From contig OZ024740.1 in the NCBI GenBank assembly GCA_964016885.1, positions 392,832,001 to 392,896,000 on the forward strand: a stretch of 64,000 bases of DNA. Direction: 5' to 3'. Shown one piece after another: positions 1 to 13,092 of the stretch. The position numbers and the translations under genes are program-made. The notes beneath the pieces are model-generated. The model made no database searches. It was not told the DNA's origin and worked only from the letters and a program-made list of their open reading frames with translations. The first letter of the stretch is position 1. Every line of letters starts with the position of its first letter. This stretch comes from Eledone cirrhosa (taxonomy: Eukaryota).

Positions 1-1703
1 TCAAGGTACGTCCAATATTCTATCATATATCTCAACACACAACCCAAGAAATGCGGAAACTTACAAAACTATTCACAAGAACATCCCACTATTGAAACAA
101 GACCCAAGAATGAAAAAAGCCCTTGAAACACACAAAATAATCAAAAGCAAAAGACAACCGAAATCACTAAAAACATTACTCATCAACGCCAAATTACCTA
201 CCACAAACCCACAACCAACTGTCAAAAAATGTGGTCGCTCTAATTGTGGAACCTGCACTCACCTCATTGAAGACAACACGTATACATTTCAATCAGGACA
301 AAATTTTGCTGTAAAAAAATCACTTCACTTGCTCATCAAAAAATCTACTTTATGCCATTAAATGTAAAGGATGCAATAAAGATTATATAGGACAAACTAA
401 ACTCACACTCAGAAACAGAATGACAGTTCATCGCCAACAATTACGAGATCTTACCACAAGAAAGATGCCACTCAGTGCACATCTAGACATATGCGCAAGT
501 AATAAGACACCCAAATTCCAAGTCTTCCCATTTTATCTTTGTGCTGCCAATACAACAGAACAAATACGAATAAATAAGGAAAATATGTTTATTCAAAAAT
601 ATAGACCAGCATTAAATATAGTTTAATATACATTATGTCAACACCATAACATTCTAACCATCCAAACAGACACATACATACACACACACATAACACCTTC
701 TAATTTAGAAAATAAAAACCAGAACTAAATAAACCTTAACATACGTTAATTCTCTAACACCTTAACAAGCTAACCCCCCCCCCCCCCCCCACACACACAC
801 ACATAACTCCCTCCCCCATTTCTACTTACGGAATCATTTTCCTACACACACACATACAAAAAAAATATATATATATTCTCTCCATCTTAACATGCTAACC
901 ATACTCCCACACACGCATACACTCACACACACATAACACCCATGCACACACACACAACTCCCTCCCCCATTTCTACTAATAGAATCATTTTCCTACACAC
1001 ACACAAGCACATAAATAAACATACATATCTCTACTTTCTTTATTTCAATAGAAAGTCTGAGTTTTGACACCCCACCACACCAGCCATATTAACTGAACCA
1101 GAACAATTCTCCCCATCCCGTTTTTCTTGACCATTACCTTTTGTTTGGCACAAAATTCTCTAAAAGGCTACAAAATAAGTTCCCAAATACGGGCGCGAAA
1201 TTTAATGTACTTGTTCACGTGACAGTCACAATTCCATTTATAACCAATCAAATTACATTTATAAAAAAAAAGCCTTTGTGAGCCACCTTTTTTTTTAAGT
1301 AAAAAGAAATTCAAACACAAAGTGGCGCGAAAGCTGATGTGCTTATTCACGTGACTGCATCAACCAACCAAACTTCACTCATGTATGAAAAAACAACTTG
1401 ATCCCCCCCCCCCCCTATTATTTTTAAGGCAAATATAATAAGAACTTTGTAACGCGAACTGGCGCGAAATTTATTATACTTATTCACCAACCAACCAAAT
1501 TACTTCTCTAAAAACCTAGCATTTTGAGCCACTTTTTTTCCCATATAAAACAGAAGTAACATTCAAAAACCAATGTGAGAAAAACCACAAACCCTCCATC
1601 TCAATTCTACTTTTAAGCAGAACTGCGAAACCGGTAAAGGAACCAAATAAATATATATATAAAAAAAAAGACTCCAGTTGCATTTTCGATTTCATCTTTT
1701 TTC

Positions 1704-1708
<5 letters not shown>
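1..1708 (+). mobile_element. Penelope-like element 3' part: frameshifted GIY-YIG endonuclease plus 3' tail/pLTR
   Basis: ORF pieces join across a frameshift near the A-run at about 315: KKCGRSNCGTC...CSSKNLLYAIKCKGCNKDYIGQTKLTLRNRMTVHRQQ...ENMFIQKYRPALN (stop 626). The tail at 1575-1708 recurs at 40155-40352(-) and 48570-48772(+) and ends in a TA array. Confidence 0.85.
1192..1490 (+). promoter_or_regulatory. Three degenerate ~135-bp repeats carrying an E2F-type site and an E-box in the Penelope tail
   Basis: GGCGCGAAA at 1192, 1324 and 1461; TCACGTGAC at 1215 and 1347; CCAAT at 1244. Confidence 0.45.
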
Positions 1709-1765
<57 letters not shown>

Positions 1766-1870
1766 AGGTGAGTTTTATTGTAGTACACTATGTTGATTTA
1801 AAACTGAATATGTTGATTTAAAACTGAACTATCCACCAGTGTTTTTTAACCTTCATATCATGTCCTCCTG

Positions 1871-1937
1871 TTTTATCTGATGAAAACACAAATATTATTG
1901 CATGATGATATTTGTTTTTGAAATGCGCATAATAAAA
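1871..1937 (+). ncRNA. Type I hammerhead ribozyme (solo Penelope-type tail between TA arrays)
   Basis: ttttat CTGATGA aaacacaaata..tatttgttttt GAAA tgcgca TA ataaaa. Stems I and II pair; stem III is palindromic. Confidence 0.8.
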
Positions 1938-2264
1938 TACATGGAACTCTTTTAACCATCTTTTGTTCTTATATATTATATATATATATATATAGTTCTA
2001 ACCGAAGAAAAAAGATTTCGTAGGCATCTGATTTGTATATTAATTATCATCACCGTAGATTATAAGATAATATTTGAAGCAATGTCCCCTTTTTCCGTTT
2101 TACATTGTTTAGGACAGTTCAGCATATGAAGTTTTATTGCTAAACATGAGTACTGCCAGACTTGTAGCCATAAATGTTACACCTTTAGAAAAGAGCAAAT
2201 ATACATTGTGGATTCCAATCTCTCTATCTTCAATTCGGTATTCGTATCAACCCTTACATAGGGT

Positions 2265-2630
2265 CATGAATCGTGAGCAATGACCGAAAGAATACAATCA
2301 CGAATACAAGCGGTCGAAATGGGGTTCCCCCGAAGGGTCTTTGGAGTAATGTTACTCGATAGAATGCGTAGCTCGGAGATCAGAGAGTCACTCTAGATAG
2401 AGACGCTACTTCTCCGAATTGAGAGATCACAGCTCCGATATTATGGGCATGTGGTTAGACTGTCTCAAGAAATCCAGGGGTAGACCCCGAACAAGATGGT
2501 TTCGTTTGGGCATCCAGCTGGATCAGTTAGAGATGGTTGCTTCTGACAGGACCTGCTGGAAGGAGTGTTTGAGGACTCTGCCCCCACGACCCTCTCAGAA
2601 ATAAGTGGGCGAAGAAGAAGAAGAAGAAGA
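2265..2630 (+). mobile_element. RTE-type LINE 3' remnant
   Basis: RIQAVEMGFPRRVFGV..DRMRSSEIRESL...RSQLRYYGHVVR...RGRPRTRW followed by a (GAA)n tail. Confidence 0.75.
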
Positions 2631-2956
2631 ATTGAAACGTAGAGCATCGTTTCATTCCATTGAGGCTGCCACGTTATAGAGATGCTGCATAATCGATTTG
2701 AATAGACACCAGCGTTCCAATTATTTTATCAACCACAGTGTGATGAAATGAGCAGTCTTTCAAAATAATAGTAATACGTTTAAACCCTAAATTGTTTCCT
2801 ATGCAGCAATGATTTGGGTTAGATACTTTTAATTAGATGTAAGTCAGCTTTATACCTAGTAAAATATAATACAAACTCAGCCTTGTTTGAGCGGATTCAT
2901 CTTTATCCGAATGTTACTTTGACAAAGAATGAAATATAAAGAAAAAGAAATCTCAC

Positions 2957-3145
2957 CTAAATCATTTACTTTTCGAAAGTGCATGGAAACAGTAACATTT
3001 ATTATGTTCTCATTTGTCTTCCAAAAAGGATCCAGAATAGATTTCAGTATTTGGGGTCGAATTTCCAAAGCTGCCTGCATTTCAACCACTGGTCGGCTTT
3101 TAAGTACAACAACTTGATCCGAAAGGTAAGCTCCAACTGCAACAT
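2957..3145 (-). CDS. Integrin alpha subunit exon (end of FG-GAP 7, start of thigh domain)
   Basis: ccag|AT...TTAG|gtgag, 189 nt, phase 1-1. Encodes DVAVGAYLSDQVVVLKSRPVVEMQAALEIRPQILKSILDPFWKTNENIINVTVSMHFRKVNDL. Confidence 0.93.
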
Positions 3146-3757
3146 CTGGTTAAATTGGTATGAAAAACTGAGATATTTTACAAATTGTGAAATGCAAAAA
3201 AACTATTTTTCATGAAAATATGACTAAACACTGATAAAAATTACTTGAAAGGAAACAATAGTGTATTGAGTTAGAATTACTGTTAGGGATTTAGTGATAT
3301 CAATCAAATATTGACTATTATTTTTGTATATTTAAAGCACACTCTCCTGATTACAAACAGAATATAGCATTACCTAATTCATAAACATAGTTATTGTTGC
3401 TGCAGGTCGCTAGTGATAATGACTGCTTATATAGATATTCAATTGCACTTCTCCAGGCATTTTAAAGAGTGTGTGTGTACATTATCATGAAGAGAACTTG
3501 CAGGCGTTTTTTTTTTAGCAGTGACAACTCTTGAAAGGGATTAGCGACAGGTAACTTGTCTCTGTAAGATTCCATGCAAACATTGAACTCTCAACGTTGG
3601 CACGTGATATGGTTTATTTTTCTTTTAGTCATTGGCTACTCTCGAATACACGTATAGAACCCTATTAAGTAACTTTGTGTGTCCTTCATTCTGTTCGGAA
3701 GAAGAGGGCGAAATTTTATGTCTTTGGTCTTTTCATTCATATCAATGAAATGTAGAT

Positions 3758-3809
<52 letters not shown>

Positions 3810-4339
3810 TAGCCAAGGCTTTTTGGCATATTACTCCTTTGCTTTTGTTCTCACATGTTTCTCTGTCATTCCTAAAGGATCATAATTTTTCCTTGCTATT
3901 TTCTCTATTATTTCAACTAATATATCCATTTAAGCACTTAGCAATAAGGAATTGGACATTTTAGGGGTGTATTTATTCATATCAAGTCCACAATTTTTCT
4001 TTAAATAGCAGTTATGTTTTTAGCATAATTCCGGCCTGTTCGAGAATGTAAAATAATCACTGCAAGTTAAAGAAACACTCACAAATTTACACTTCTGCTG
4101 ATTGCAGTAATGAATTAGCATAGTATCTATTTGCATATTAGTAAGAATTACAGAAATGTTAACATGCAGTGACAGTGATAAGATGTTAACCAGATTTTTA
4201 TATGAACTTCAATACGTCATCTTCGAATTCTTTAGGTTTGTTAAGTTGTCAAGATTATTGTTAATTATAAAAGTAGGAATATGGAGTGTAGCTAGAAGTG
4301 TAATGAATTAAGATATACGGGGAAAATCCATGGACTTAA

Positions 4340-4500
4340 ACACTGCTAGGTGGTTATGAATTTCGCTTTACAGTGACTAGGTATTAGGTTCAATGTCATT
4401 GCGTGGCATCTTGCGCAAGTGTCTTTACCATAGAATCGAGTCGACTCACGACTTGTGAATGAAATTAGGTACACGGGAACAGCGTATAAGCCAGTCGGAT
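4340..4500 (+). mobile_element. Degenerate tRNA-derived SINE (CORE-like; copies at 15742-15910, 36222-36360, 7600-7716 minus)
   Basis: Shared motif gttc..tcc.actgcgtggca.cttg.gcaagtgtcttt.c.atag..tcgagtcgac..ttgtgaatgaaattagg. Confidence 0.6.
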
Positions 4501-4708
4501 GGACTGTCGCTTTTGATCTAGTTGAGGAACTGCATTGTTTTGTGAATATTCAGTGACTTATACGTTAATTTAATGTATGCAGTTTGTTGAAATTGAGGGC
4601 GGATCCATCATGGGGTGTTTGTATGCCGTTAGCTATGTTTAGCCGACTGAATGACAGATAAAAAGATGGTGTAGCACACAGAGTATACATTGGTAAAGCA
4701 TTTCTTAC

Positions 4709-4894
4709 CTGGGTATCCATTTTGGTCAATATCAGCAGTTCGGGAAAAAGATATCCCGAAAGACCTAATGCTGGAATGTATGTTAATACCTACAATTCTT
4801 TGTGAAGGTGTTTTCTCAAGTTTACCTCCGTAACTGTTAAATATATATATACATCCGATACCATCATTTTCATAAGGAGCCCCAACTAAGATAT
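4709..4894 (-). CDS. Integrin alpha subunit exon (FG-GAP 6-7)
   Basis: ctttcag|AT...CCAG|gtaag, 186 nt, phase 1-1. Encodes DILVGAPYENDGIGCIYIFNSYGGKLEKTPSQRIVGINIHSSIRSFGISFSRTADIDQNGYP. Confidence 0.95.
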
Positions 4895-4974
4895 CTGAAA
4901 GAAAAATAAATAATGAACGAAAATGTCAACGCTGTTTTACGAAGTACAAGTGTTACTATTCAATTTGTGAGAAA

Positions 4975-5467
4975 ACCAAAAAACGAAGGAGAGGCGGTTT
5001 TCCTTTGTGTGATAGCTATGGCGAAAGAGGTTGTATGGTGGACGAGGTTAAAAGGGCTGAAGTCAGACACCTTTCTCTCCGGCCAACAACTGATTCTTTT
5101 TTTCAAATACCACTTTGGAAGAAGACAGGATGGAGAGAGAGGTGCTGTACCCCAGCAAGTTTTATGAAAGGTGGGTGAAAGTGGCGAGAATGGCCCGAGC
5201 GAATGGGCCTTCTCTCTATATCAGCCTGTAGGTTGAGGAAAAAGAGGAAGAGAGGAAAGGGGTACAAACTCTTCGTACTCCTGGAGATGAGGGTTGCACA
5301 TTTTTCGGGGATATGTGTTACCCATATGTAATGTCTCCCCCTATTGGGGAAAATCGATTAATTTTTAAATTGCATTTGTGATAGTATTTTACACGTTTTT
5401 ATTGTATGTAAACTTTCCCCTTTGTATTTGTCCCCTTCTTTTGTGCCCCTGTGGCTAATAAAGAAAC
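4975..5467 (+). mobile_element. L1/Tx1-like LINE 3' end
   Basis: EAVFLCVIAMAKEVVWWTRLKG..LILFFKYH resembles an L1/Tx1 ORF2 C-terminus; the 3' UTR ends in AATAAAGAAA. Confidence 0.55.
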
Positions 5468-5473
5468 ATATCT

Positions 5474-5690
5474 ATAATTGTTTCCACTTTAGACGCAAGG
5501 CCAGCAATTTGAAGGGAGGGGTAAGTTGATTGAATTGACCCCAGTGAGTTACTGATACTTCATTTTATCGACCTCTTAAGGATGAAATGCAAAGGTAACA
5601 TCGGCAGTATTTGAATTCAGAACGTAAAGACGCTGAACAAATGCCGCAAAACATTTTTTCCAGCGTTATATCGACTCTGCTAATCCACAA
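5474..5690 (-). mobile_element. Nin-domain tRNA SINE, older copy
   Basis: Reverse complement reads ttctgaattcaaat..ctttgcatttcatccttaagaggtcgataaaatgaagtatcagt. Confidence 0.7.
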
Positions 5691-6289
5691 TCCATTTATA
5701 AATACGAATTTCTGTGAGTGTGTGCCAGTATAGCATTTATCTACGGTAAATATAAGTATTATATCTAAGTATTAAAATAAACGGCAAAATCAAATATGTT
5801 GTTGCATGTTTGTATTGGTGGGACATCACAAAAGAAATTAGCCTTTTAATTATAAGCGATTCTTTACACTGTGAATTCATACAATAGAGTTGATTAAAAA
5901 AATTGTTTTATTCTAAAATCAGCACGGGCTTGAATATCATCGAAGGTGCTGTGCTGGGCTGTTTTAATCATATCTCTGCTTATTCCTTGTTCATATTCCA
6001 TCTTTGCTTAATTAAGTGGATGAGGGAGGGGTCATCATTTTGTAGAATAAATAAACCGCAAGATGAAATATTGCGATACGAGTTCGCATCATTGTTAAAC
6101 ATTGCTAGATAAATTACGAAACACATTCATGCACATTCCTAAACAAGTAGAAAACCACCCAGAAGGTTGTAGTACTACTAGTAAATAATAAACATTTCAA
6201 CGCTGTTATACGAAAAGTATTTGCTATTCTGTTAGAAAGCCACTTTTATTCATTTAGTTATAATAAATCAGTATAATATATATTTAAAG

Positions 6290-6616
6290 TTTTAACGAGT
6301 GTTGGTCCTGCGTTGATTCGGTGACGAGTGTTCCAGTTGTTTGATCAACGGAACTGGCTGCACGCGAAATTAACGTGCAAATGGTCGAGCATTCCACAGA
6401 CACCCTTAACATAGTTCTCAGGGAGATTCAACATGACACAGTGCGTGGCATGACTAACACTTTGAATTACGGGTACAGCTCCTCTTTTGCAGCTGATTGG
6501 AGGAGAATAACGTGAAATAATGTCTTGTTGAAGGACACAACACGCCGCCGGGAATAGAACTCATGACATTATGATTGTCAGTCAAACACCGTAACCACGA
6601 AGCTACGTGCCCTCAC
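6290..6616 (-). mobile_element. tRNA-derived SINE
   Basis: Minus strand has gtggttacggtgtttgact..gagttctattcccggcggcgtgttgtgtccttcaacaagaca (tRNA-like A/B boxes plus body). Confidence 0.6.
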
Positions 6617-6938
6617 GAATGTTTAAATAACACAGAATCCAATAACAACAATTACGGCTGTAGAATTTCCAACTATTTTAATTCATCGTGCCAACGATGG
6701 AGTCTACAGCCAATGAGGAAACCGCTCGACCTGCTACAAATAGCAACCAAATAACCTTCAAATCTTATTCCACAATCTTAGAAAAGGCCTTGCTGGATAA
6801 TGTAGTAATATACATCATGCACACTGGAAAAATACGAGTTGATCACGATTAGAAAGCCTTTTTTAATAAGTCTACATGATCAGCAATTTACATCCATTGT
6901 CGAGTGGCATTATATGATACCATATATGATACCATATA

Positions 6939-7250
6939 GGGCGGTGGATTGGCAGTATCGGTAGAGGGTCGGGCGCCATGCTTTGAAGCATAGAGTTACC
7001 TCCCTTTATGATCTGAGTCAAATCCCGCCGAGGTTAACTTTGCCTTTCATCCTTACGGGGTCGATAAAATAAAGTACCAGTAATGCACTGGGATAATTGC
7101 TGGCCTGGTGCCAAAAGTAGAAACAATTATATGATACCATATCAAATCCCACCGAGGTTAACTTTGCCTTTCATCCTTACGGGGTCGATAAAATAAAGTA
7201 CCAGTAATGCACTGTGTAATTGCTGGCCTTGTGCCAAAAGTAGAAACAAT
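6939..7250 (+). mobile_element. Nin-domain tRNA SINE with tandem 3' partial duplication
   Basis: Full copy 6939-7130 and partial copy 7142-7250, each followed by the target motif atatgataccata, which also lies upstream. Confidence 0.85.
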
Positions 7251-8484
7251 TATATGATACCATAATTGACCCCAAAAAAGATATCCGAAACGTCCACTTC
7301 TCCCCTCTTCTGCTTTTGCTCGTTCCTTCTTTTTCCACATTTCATAAGTTATGTATATTGTGGTGGCCTCTAGCTTTGGTCCTAAAATCTCCCATAGACA
7401 AGTAAATGGATTTCCGTCAGTTTCGGTGATGATTATTCAACTGAATAGACTAAATTATGATGATTATTCCATTGAATGGACTAAATTACGCATTGAATTA
7501 GAGTGTATGTGGCTGAGTATTCCTTAGACACAGATACTTTTTACGTAATTCTCAATCCTAACCAGATTATCCAAGTGTATGACTGATAAGATTTATTCGA
7601 TAACCTCCCGTACTGCTTCTACCTATCCAATTTTACCAAGGGCTTGGTCGACTCGGGACTATGGTAAATGACACTTGCTAAAATGTCACACAGTAGGATT
7701 GAACACAAGACCTTGGGATAGTTACGTCCCTGTTTATAGACAAATAATATATATACATGTATATACTTGTAACAAAGCAATCCCTGACAGTGACAATCGG
7801 TGCAGAAATTGTGGCCCACCAAATAGAAAATTAGTAAATTTAAGACACTATGAAGGAAACATACCAGAAAAAACAAATAACTATGCAGAAAAAATCAATT
7901 CCTCGGAGAAAAAATTAGCAATGCACACACCAAATATGACCATCCATCATATGGCGGATATCCTGATACAAATTAGATGTAAACCAAATCAGAACATATA
8001 CCAAGAAAGCCTCACTTACATATCTGTAGGATTAATAACGTTATAAGAAGCACTGAAAAGCCACCAACCAACATTACCAACAGCACCACCAGACCATATC
8101 AATTTGATAACCAAATTCAACAAAATTGAAAAAGACATAATATCATTAAAAGAGCTAATTAAAAACACCAACAAGTCAAATACTCATAAAGATAAGATCA
8201 GACGGAATTAAAACAAGCCATAGATAATAACAGCAAACAAACTGCAAATATTTGGACAAGAAAAATAAGCCCAAACAGAACACACCGCTCAAGAAAAAAC
8301 AAAAAAATAGACAGCTATATCTTATTTAAATTCAACTCTATTCCAGCACAACACCTTGCCTATCACGATAAAGACAAATAGTACTCCACTATAACGTATC
8401 TTTTGGAGAAACATACTCGGAGTAATAATTTACAACATAAAACTGATAAAAATATAAAACAAACTCTTTACAAAAATCACGCTA

Positions 8485-8592
8485 GCAATACTCAAGCACC
8501 AAGAGGAACACTGCAAACGCTGCAATACTCAAGCACCAAGAGGAACACTGCAAACGCTGCAATACTCAAGCACCAAGAGGAACACTGCAAAC
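8485..8592. repeat. 37-bp tandem repeat x2.9
   Basis: gcaatactcaagcaccaagaggaacactgcaaacgct starts at 8485, 8522 and 8559. Confidence 0.95.
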
Positions 8593-8850
8593 ACACAATA
8601 GCAGAATGCCTACATACGTAATAGTGGTACACAGAGAGCGTAAGGACATTGATAAGCACTTCCTGGTAATAGGAATTGAAGGGTACAAATCCCACTCAGT
8701 AAAATTTCTAGTAAAAAAAATAAAGTAAACAAGCAATCAACTCATGGCAGCATTAAATTGAACTGATAAACAATCCCAAGATTTTCTACTCAATCAACGG
8801 TACACTGATCTCAACGTAGATTATAAAGGCAGTATTGAAGAATTCATTTA

Positions 8851-9020
8851 CGAGGGTCGGACACCCTGCTTTGCAGCAAAGAGTTACGGTCCTTTACGGC
8901 TTGAGTTCAAATCCTGCCGAGGTTAACTTTGCCTTTCATCCTTACGGGGTCGATAAAATAAAGTACCAGTAATGCACTGAGATAATTGCTGGGCTTGTGC
9001 CAAAAGTAGAAACAATTATT
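8851..9020 (+). mobile_element. Nin-domain tRNA SINE (5' truncated)
   Basis: Closely similar to 6965-7130. Confidence 0.85.
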
Positions 9021-10603
9021 ACAGAAACCACCCTGTAAAAAATTGTCCTAAGGCAAAGTGCCACCCATACAATAAAGCCCACCCCTACAACAAACACTAT
9101 GAAACTGAAAAAAACAATACAACAATCCCCACAACACCAGAAGACCAATTTCCTAACAACAATGTATCCAATAAACACCAAAATGACTAAAATCAAATAC
9201 AAACACCGAAAAAAATCAACAATAAAAATATGCAGCATCAATTTAAACAACAGTGTGATATATTTCTCTTTCAAGGACCCCCCCCCCCCAACTAAATGAT
9301 TTGAACTAGTATATACACAGGATATACAATTTCTATATCCAACATGCTATTATGAAGCATCGGGGTGTCTCACAGTGATTAGATAATCAGAATTAATCTC
9401 TAAATTCGATATAATACAAAAGAGGTGTAACTCCATAGATACTGTGTATATGTACATAAGAAAGCTAGACTTCTATTTAATAAATATTTATAACTTTCCC
9501 AAAAGCACAGAGACTATAACAAAAATTGAAGATTTTCTAGACAAATCTAATCCACAAAGCAAAACTCTAATTTCAGGGGATTTTAATGCACCTCATCCAT
9601 TCTGGAATACCGACATTAGAATAAAGAAACTATAAAAGGAGAATCAATGCAACTTCATTTTACATAGTGTACCAGATTCCCCTACCTACATAATCTCAAC
9701 AATAGATCATTTGTGGTCTTCTCTCTCAGCTTCTACTTTTATAGAAAAATTGGGAGCCAAACCAAGATGTGGATATAGGTTCGGATCATGACACCAGCTC
9801 TTTTAATATAGCAATTCCTTTAACCAACGAAAACACTAACAATTGCCAAACTCCCAAAATATAGCCTGAAGTAAGAAAATATCAATTTCACAAGACTGAC
9901 TGGACTAACTTTACTAATTATTTAGAACTATCACCCCGCGATAAATGTTACAAGATCCAATCACCTGAAGAACTAAAAACAAGTCTACAAATATTTATCG
10001 ACAAAATACAAGATACAATCACTGAGAAAGTACCTTTTACTTATGGCAATCCAAATAAAAATAATAATAATAATAACAACTACAAGAAGGTATGATGGAG
10101 TGAAGAATTAAAATAACTAAGAAGGGAAATGACCCAATCTTTAAAAAAGTGGAAATACCATTCAACAGATTCCAATTATGAAAATTATAAAGGGTTAAAC
10201 AAAAAGTTTAAAAGACAAATAAAACAAGCCCAAAATGATTTCAGGTCTAGCAAAGCTAACCTGGAGTCTATAGGCGATATATGAAGCATATACACATGAA
10301 TGTTCACCCTCCCCCCACTCTCCTTCCCACAAAAAACTTAAGAACTATTAATTTATGATCACATTCTTGAGTTGATCTCAGGCACTTCCAAACTTTCATC
10401 AGTATTTTCAGAATCGTTTTTCGACAACTTTTCATTTACAAAACCCAATACAACAAAACTCCGACTCCTACCACTTCAAATGTAGCCTTCCCTCCATTGA
10501 ACAGGAGCTACTAGCAGTTAAGGATGAATTAAAAGAGGAAATGGCCACAGGTCCAGATAGAATATCTAATTTAATCATAAATGAAACATGGAGTTTAATA
10601 TAA

Positions 10604-10755
10604 ATAATTTTTTCTACTTTTGGCACAAGGCCAGCAATTATCCCAGTGCATAACTGGTACTTTATTTTATCGACCCAGTAAGGATGAAAGGCGGGATTTG
10701 AACTCAGATCATAAGGGGCCATAACTATGCTGCAAAGCATGGCGTCCGACCTTCT
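10604..10755 (-). mobile_element. Nin-domain tRNA SINE inserted in the decayed LINE
   Basis: Reverse complement of the 6939 family, with an internal deletion. Confidence 0.8.
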
Positions 10756-11879
10756 TAGTGATAAACTTCTTTAATAGTATAATTAAATATCAGCATCATC
10801 CAGATATATGGAAATTTACCCATACGTTAGCAATATCTAAACGAAATAATGAGATCTGTCACTCTACCATATCATATCGTCCAACAGCTCTACTAAGTAA
10901 TCTATCGAAACAACTAGAAAGGATTATAATTATTGGATTATCAATGAACATTTTCCACAAATCTCAGTTTGGATAAAAACACTGAGAGTGGTGTACATGA
11001 AATAACCACACTCATCAGAAACTCAAAACTTTTGAAAAACGACAAAGAGTTTGATCCCATTAGATATAAAGGGAACTTATAATTACATAGTTCATGACAC
11101 TCTGCTCATAGTTAAAAATTACATCAATTTGAAATTCCCAAATATCTTTGCAACTGGGTTGAATGCTTTCTCTCTAATTGAAGTACAAGTCTGATTCTTG
11201 GAAGCGAGAAAAGCAAAATTATTTACCCTTTTAAGGGTCTCCTACAGGGTTCTTCATTCTCACCCATTCTCTTTCTATATTACTAAAGAGACGTGGAAGT
11301 GTTTAAATTTCTAAATAGATTTGTGGAAGTATCAGGTTTTGTAGATGATATCAACTTATATACTTCAACTAATATCAACAACAACAACACAACCATATTA
11401 TGCACAGTCCTATGAACTGCAACTGAATGGGCATAAACACAATTAATTTACTTCCATAATCCCGATGTGATGAAATATGCTTAATGAACCAACTATTGAA
11501 ACCGCAAAAATCCATAAAGATACTTGGTATTTGGTTACAAACTGATTTGAAATGGGGAAACTCATCTCAAGAACTGGCTTAAACATGGCATGTAATTAAA
11601 GTTATTTCAACAAATTTTACTGCCTAACATTAGAAATTGTATAATAAGGAAGTCATCAACGCTAAATCAGCTCGTGGGGCCACAAGCACGAGCTAACTTC
11701 AAGATACCGAAAGATTTTGTACTCAAATTGGCAAAAATATATTACAGCTTTTTTTAATTTAAATTTTTATTTTTATATTCATTAATCTATATATCTTTTT
11801 TTTTTTGTTTCTTAACTTTAAGAAGTGCTAAATACTTCTAATACTTCTTAAAGTTAGTAGAAGTATTAACATAAAAACG

Positions 11880-12295
11880 AGTTTCCTATCATTTGAAGGC
11901 TAAGAACTTCGATACTTACATCCAACCAGTTGTGTTAATTGGACGACAAGGTCACTTCAGAAGCTCTCTACATTCCAGAACCACACCATAAGACTTATGA
12001 CTGGCAAGCGGCTCAGCGATCGTATCTGTATCAGTGGGCTGTTCAACATCACTAGCCTTAGACCAATCACATCACATCGGTTGTCAGGTCAAGTGTACTT
12101 CAACTGTATGGTCATATCAAAAGATCAACTCATGGTGTGAGTAAGTTATGCCTAGAAGGTAAGAGAAGCCGAGGTCGGCAGCCAAAACGATGTCTTGATA
12201 ATGTCAACTTATGGACTGGACTTGGCCTTTGCTCTTTAAACTCTGCTGTTGATCGAACTTTGTGATGCGCAGTCTGCAACTGGCGGACTTAGCGT
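11880..12295 (+). mobile_element. RTE-type LINE 3' remnant
   Basis: LQLYGHIKRS...LEGKRSRGRQPKRCLDNVNLWTGL. Confidence 0.65.
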
Positions 12296-12520
12296 CTAGA
12301 ACGAAATACTTCTAGTCTATCATTGTTTACTAACTCTATACGGACGATTACATTAATTGAATATATATATATATACACCTCCTTTTGTGGTATTTTTCTC
12401 TTGGTTGTATGAGGCTTAGCTCTGTTTCTTGACTGCTGTATCACGTGATAAGTTCCCCCTCCGCCTTTCGGGATTCTATCTCGCGTCCTACGGACGTGTT
12501 TTGAAACTCTAAATGAGGTA

Positions 12521-12612
12521 TCCTCTTGATAAGTCGGCAAACCTCAGAAAAATACTGCATCTCTATGATGTAATGTTTTTGCATAATAGCCACGAAACTA
12601 CGTAGTCGAGGA
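12521..12612 (+). ncRNA. Type I hammerhead ribozyme, U3:A8 core variant
   Basis: tcctc TTGATAA gtcggc..(aaaaatactgcatc/gatgtaatgttttt)..gccac GAAA ctacgtag TC gagga. Perfect stem I, palindromic stem III, GUC cleavage triplet. Confidence 0.8.
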
Positions 12613-12679
12613 AAATGAAGGAATTCAGGTATATTATATCTTTTTATTTATATCTAATGTTTCTTCTTTCTTTATAATG

Positions 12680-12747
<68 letters not shown>

Positions 12748-12759
12748 CGTATATATATG

Positions 12760-12977
12760 TCAACTAGAAATTGATTGACATATATATATATTTAAAATAA
12801 ACACATGAAACAATCACAGGGGATAATTTGTAAAGTGTGTAATCACACATAGCTATGTAGGTAACTAATTAGTTACCTACATAGATATGTGTTATTACAC
12901 ACTTTACAAATTATCCCCTGTGATTGTTTCATGTGTTTATTTTAAATATATATATATGTCAATCAATTTCTAGTTGA
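12760..12977. repeat. ~218-bp near-perfect palindrome (fold-back insertion)
   Basis: Arms tcaactagaaattgattgac.../...gtcaatcaatttctagttga, centred on taactaattagtta; adjacent to a TA array. Confidence 0.9.
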
Positions 12978-13092
12978 TATAAAATGCTTGGATCTATTCA
13001 TTGAAATCTTTGAGCTTATTCTACGGTGGATATGGCGCATGTCTCGGACATGACTCCCTTAATTTAATTTAATTAAATTAATTTTATATATA

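Larger units (their letters stand above)
7740..11720 (+). pseudogene. Heavily decayed LINE (ORF1-like region, APE endonuclease, RT), interrupted by SINEs
   Basis: LISGDFNAPHPFW (about 9570), SYRPTALLSNLSKQLER..SQFG (about 10870-10973), GLLQGSSFSPILF (about 11235) and GFVDDI (about 11335), with many stops. Confidence 0.7.

Noticed and set aside
1608-1640. Hammerhead in the first Penelope tail
   Set aside because: The core is partly deleted relative to the sister copies at 40281 and 48600, so it is likely inactive.
2110-2183. Candidate next integrin exon on the minus strand
   Set aside because: Hits a stop codon without a good donor site and shows no integrin similarity.
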